DNA of 64,000 bases from an uncultured Methanoregulaceae archaeon (lineage in GTDB: Archaea; Halobacteriota; Methanomicrobia; Methanomicrobiales; Methanospirillaceae): NCBI GenBank assembly GCA_963717525.1, contig OY970343.1, forward strand, positions 1,088,001 through 1,152,000, given 5' to 3'. This document shows, one piece after another, positions 62,527 through 64,000 of the stretch (the stretch's first letter is position 1; every line of letters starts with the position of its first letter). The notes beneath the pieces were generated by a model, which was not told where the DNA came from, searched no databases, and saw nothing but the letters and a program-made list of their open reading frames with translations. The translations under genes and the position numbers were made by a program.

Positions 62527-64000
62527 ATTCCGGTATTCCAAGGAAAGCCTTGGAACCGGGTTCCGGAGAACCATTGCAGCGCTTTCCCGTCGGTCGACAC
62601 AGGGGCATCTCCTGCTTCTGTCAACTGCGATCATGGCTTTAGTAATCGGCATCATCGTGCTTTTTGTCGATATGCCACTTCTCCTGATGGGCATCCTCTC
62701 CGTGGTCTCGCTTGCCACATTGATTATTTTTGTGGGCGGGGCCCGGGCCCGCTTTTTTCCGCCCAGTATGCCCGATGAAGGTGTGCCAGTCCAGTCCGGC
62801 CCGGCTGAGGGATCTTATGCAAAAACCCATAGCCCGCTAAATCTCCCCGGTTTCGTGATACAATTCATTCGGCTCGCCCGGTCGATGGGGAACCGGACAG
62901 ACCGTGGCGATGCGATGATCCTTGCCAGCTGTATCGTGGGGATCCTGGCCGGGTACATCGCGCTTTTTATTGATCTGCCGCTGCCACTCCTTGCACTCTC
63001 CGGTATTGTATCCATTGTTGCACTTGGGAATGCCTGTATTGCAGCGGCGTTCAGATTTGCGCCGGAGCGGATGGCAGTACTGCAGTCAAACCAGCACCAT
63101 GCCACATTTTTCCCCGCTGGGGCTGACCAGCCGGAAGAACCCCACCCCGAACCCGCTCCGGAACCGGTCCCTGCCGAACTCCCGGACAAACCAGGAACCG
63201 AAATACTCGATGTGTACTGGGTCCAACCACCGTTTGCGTACATCAAGCTCGCCCGGCAGGGAAACTTAGGTTTCATCTACACCGTTGTCGAACCGGTGAT
63301 TGCGACCCGGGAGAAGATCATCCTCCAGGAAGCCTACAATTACCTCCGCGATGTCATCATTTTTGACAATCCTGACAAGCCCACGCACGACCTGCTAAGC
63401 CGGGAGAACGTATATCGCATCCTCCGGGAGAACGATCCCACGATCGATCCCGAGCGGCTCCCCATCCTCGAATATTTCCTGCAGCGCGACCTTTCGGGAT
63501 TCGGCCTTCTTGAACCACTCATGCACGATCCAGCACTTGAGGATATCAGTTGTAATGGTGAGGACCTGCCGGTCTTTATCTTCCACCGGACCTATGGCAG
63601 CCTTCGGACGAGCGTGCTCTTCCGCAAGGGGGAACTCAACCAGTTTGTCCTGAAACTTGCCCAGAAAGCCAACAAGCAGATCTCGCTCTCGAACCCCATG
63701 GTCGATGCGGCTCTCCCTGACGGCTCGCGTGTCCAGGTCACCTACAGCAATGTCATCTCCACCCATGGCAGTTCTTTTACAATCCGGAAATTCCGGACCG
63801 AGCCGATGACACCCCTTGACCTGATAAAGTTCGGGACCTATAACAGCGAGATCCTCGCCTTCCTCTGGCTGGTCATCGAACACCGGAAAAGCCTCATTGT
63901 CGCCGGCGGGACAGCAAGCGGCAAAACCTCGACCTTGAACGCGATCTCGCTTTTTATCCCGCTCAACTCGAAGATCGTGTCCCTGGAGGATACCCGGGAG
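62516..64000 (+). CDS. Type II/IV secretion (PilB/FlaI-like) ATPase with N-terminal TM extension (3' end outside window)
   Basis: Manual translation from ATG at 62516, open to the window end: EDISCNG, DAALPDGSR, FTIRKF, AGGTASGKT, SLEDTRE. Confidence 0.88.
   Translation, partial: MTPEFRYSKESLGTGFRRTIAALSRRSTQGHLLLLSTAIMALVIGIIVLFVDMPLLLMGILSVVSLATLIIFVGGARARFFPPSMPDEGVPVQSGPAEGSYAKTHSPLNLPGFVIQFIRLARSMGNRTDRGDAMILASCIVGILAGYIALFIDLPLPLLALSGIVSIVALGNACIAAAFRFAPERMAVLQSNQHHATFFPAGADQPEEPHPEPAPEPVPAELPDKPGTEILDVYWVQPPFAYIKLARQGNLGFIYTVVEPVIATREKIILQEAYNYLRDVIIFDNPDKPTHDLLSRENVYRILRENDPTIDPERLPILEYFLQRDLSGFGLLEPLMHDPALEDISCNGEDLPVFIFHRTYGSLRTSVLFRKGELNQFVLKLAQKANKQISLSNPMVDAALPDGSRVQVTYSNVISTHGSSFTIRKFRTEPMTPLDLIKFGTYNSEILAFLWLVIEHRKSLIVAGGTASGKTSTLNAISLFIPLNSKIVSLEDTRE

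Overview
Archaeal DNA, most likely from a Methanomicrobiales methanogen (Methanoregula-like; inferred from methanogenesis marker genes, archaeal RFC, archaemetzincin and DUF1628 pilins). Bases 1-11.1 kb are GC-rich housekeeping genes (mtxX, marker 2, rfcL, archaemetzincin, uvrA) with one complete IS481 element (6738-7759, 6-bp target duplication CCTATA). About 11.1-53 kb is a mostly AT-rich mosaic island. It starts with a HEPN gene, a tyrosine recombinase and a winged-helix gene, then carries ORFans, paralogous surface proteins, defence-like genes (TIR-STAND NTPase, HEPN-like, ImmA/IrrE + PIN), a ThiC paralog, gene fragments and two copies of a small HMGA-like three-AT-hook protein. The main unexplained signal is about 20 non-coding imperfect palindromes, mostly 77-80 or 90-95 bp, with consensus ends GGTTCTGT...ACAGAACC resembling IS6/IS26-family inverted repeats. 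They sit at gene boundaries from 17.1 to 53.0 kb, and I found none in the housekeeping flanks, which suggests a cassette capture/shuffling system. Bases 53-64 kb hold an AB-AB type IV pilin cluster, a methyltransferase, DUF364, FmdE, two ECF-like membrane proteins, a small peptide plus radical SAM, a lipoprotein and a membrane-anchored secretion ATPase. At least 13 single-base frameshifts, including one in rfcL, are probably read errors. All product calls come from motif recognition by eye; no database searches were run.
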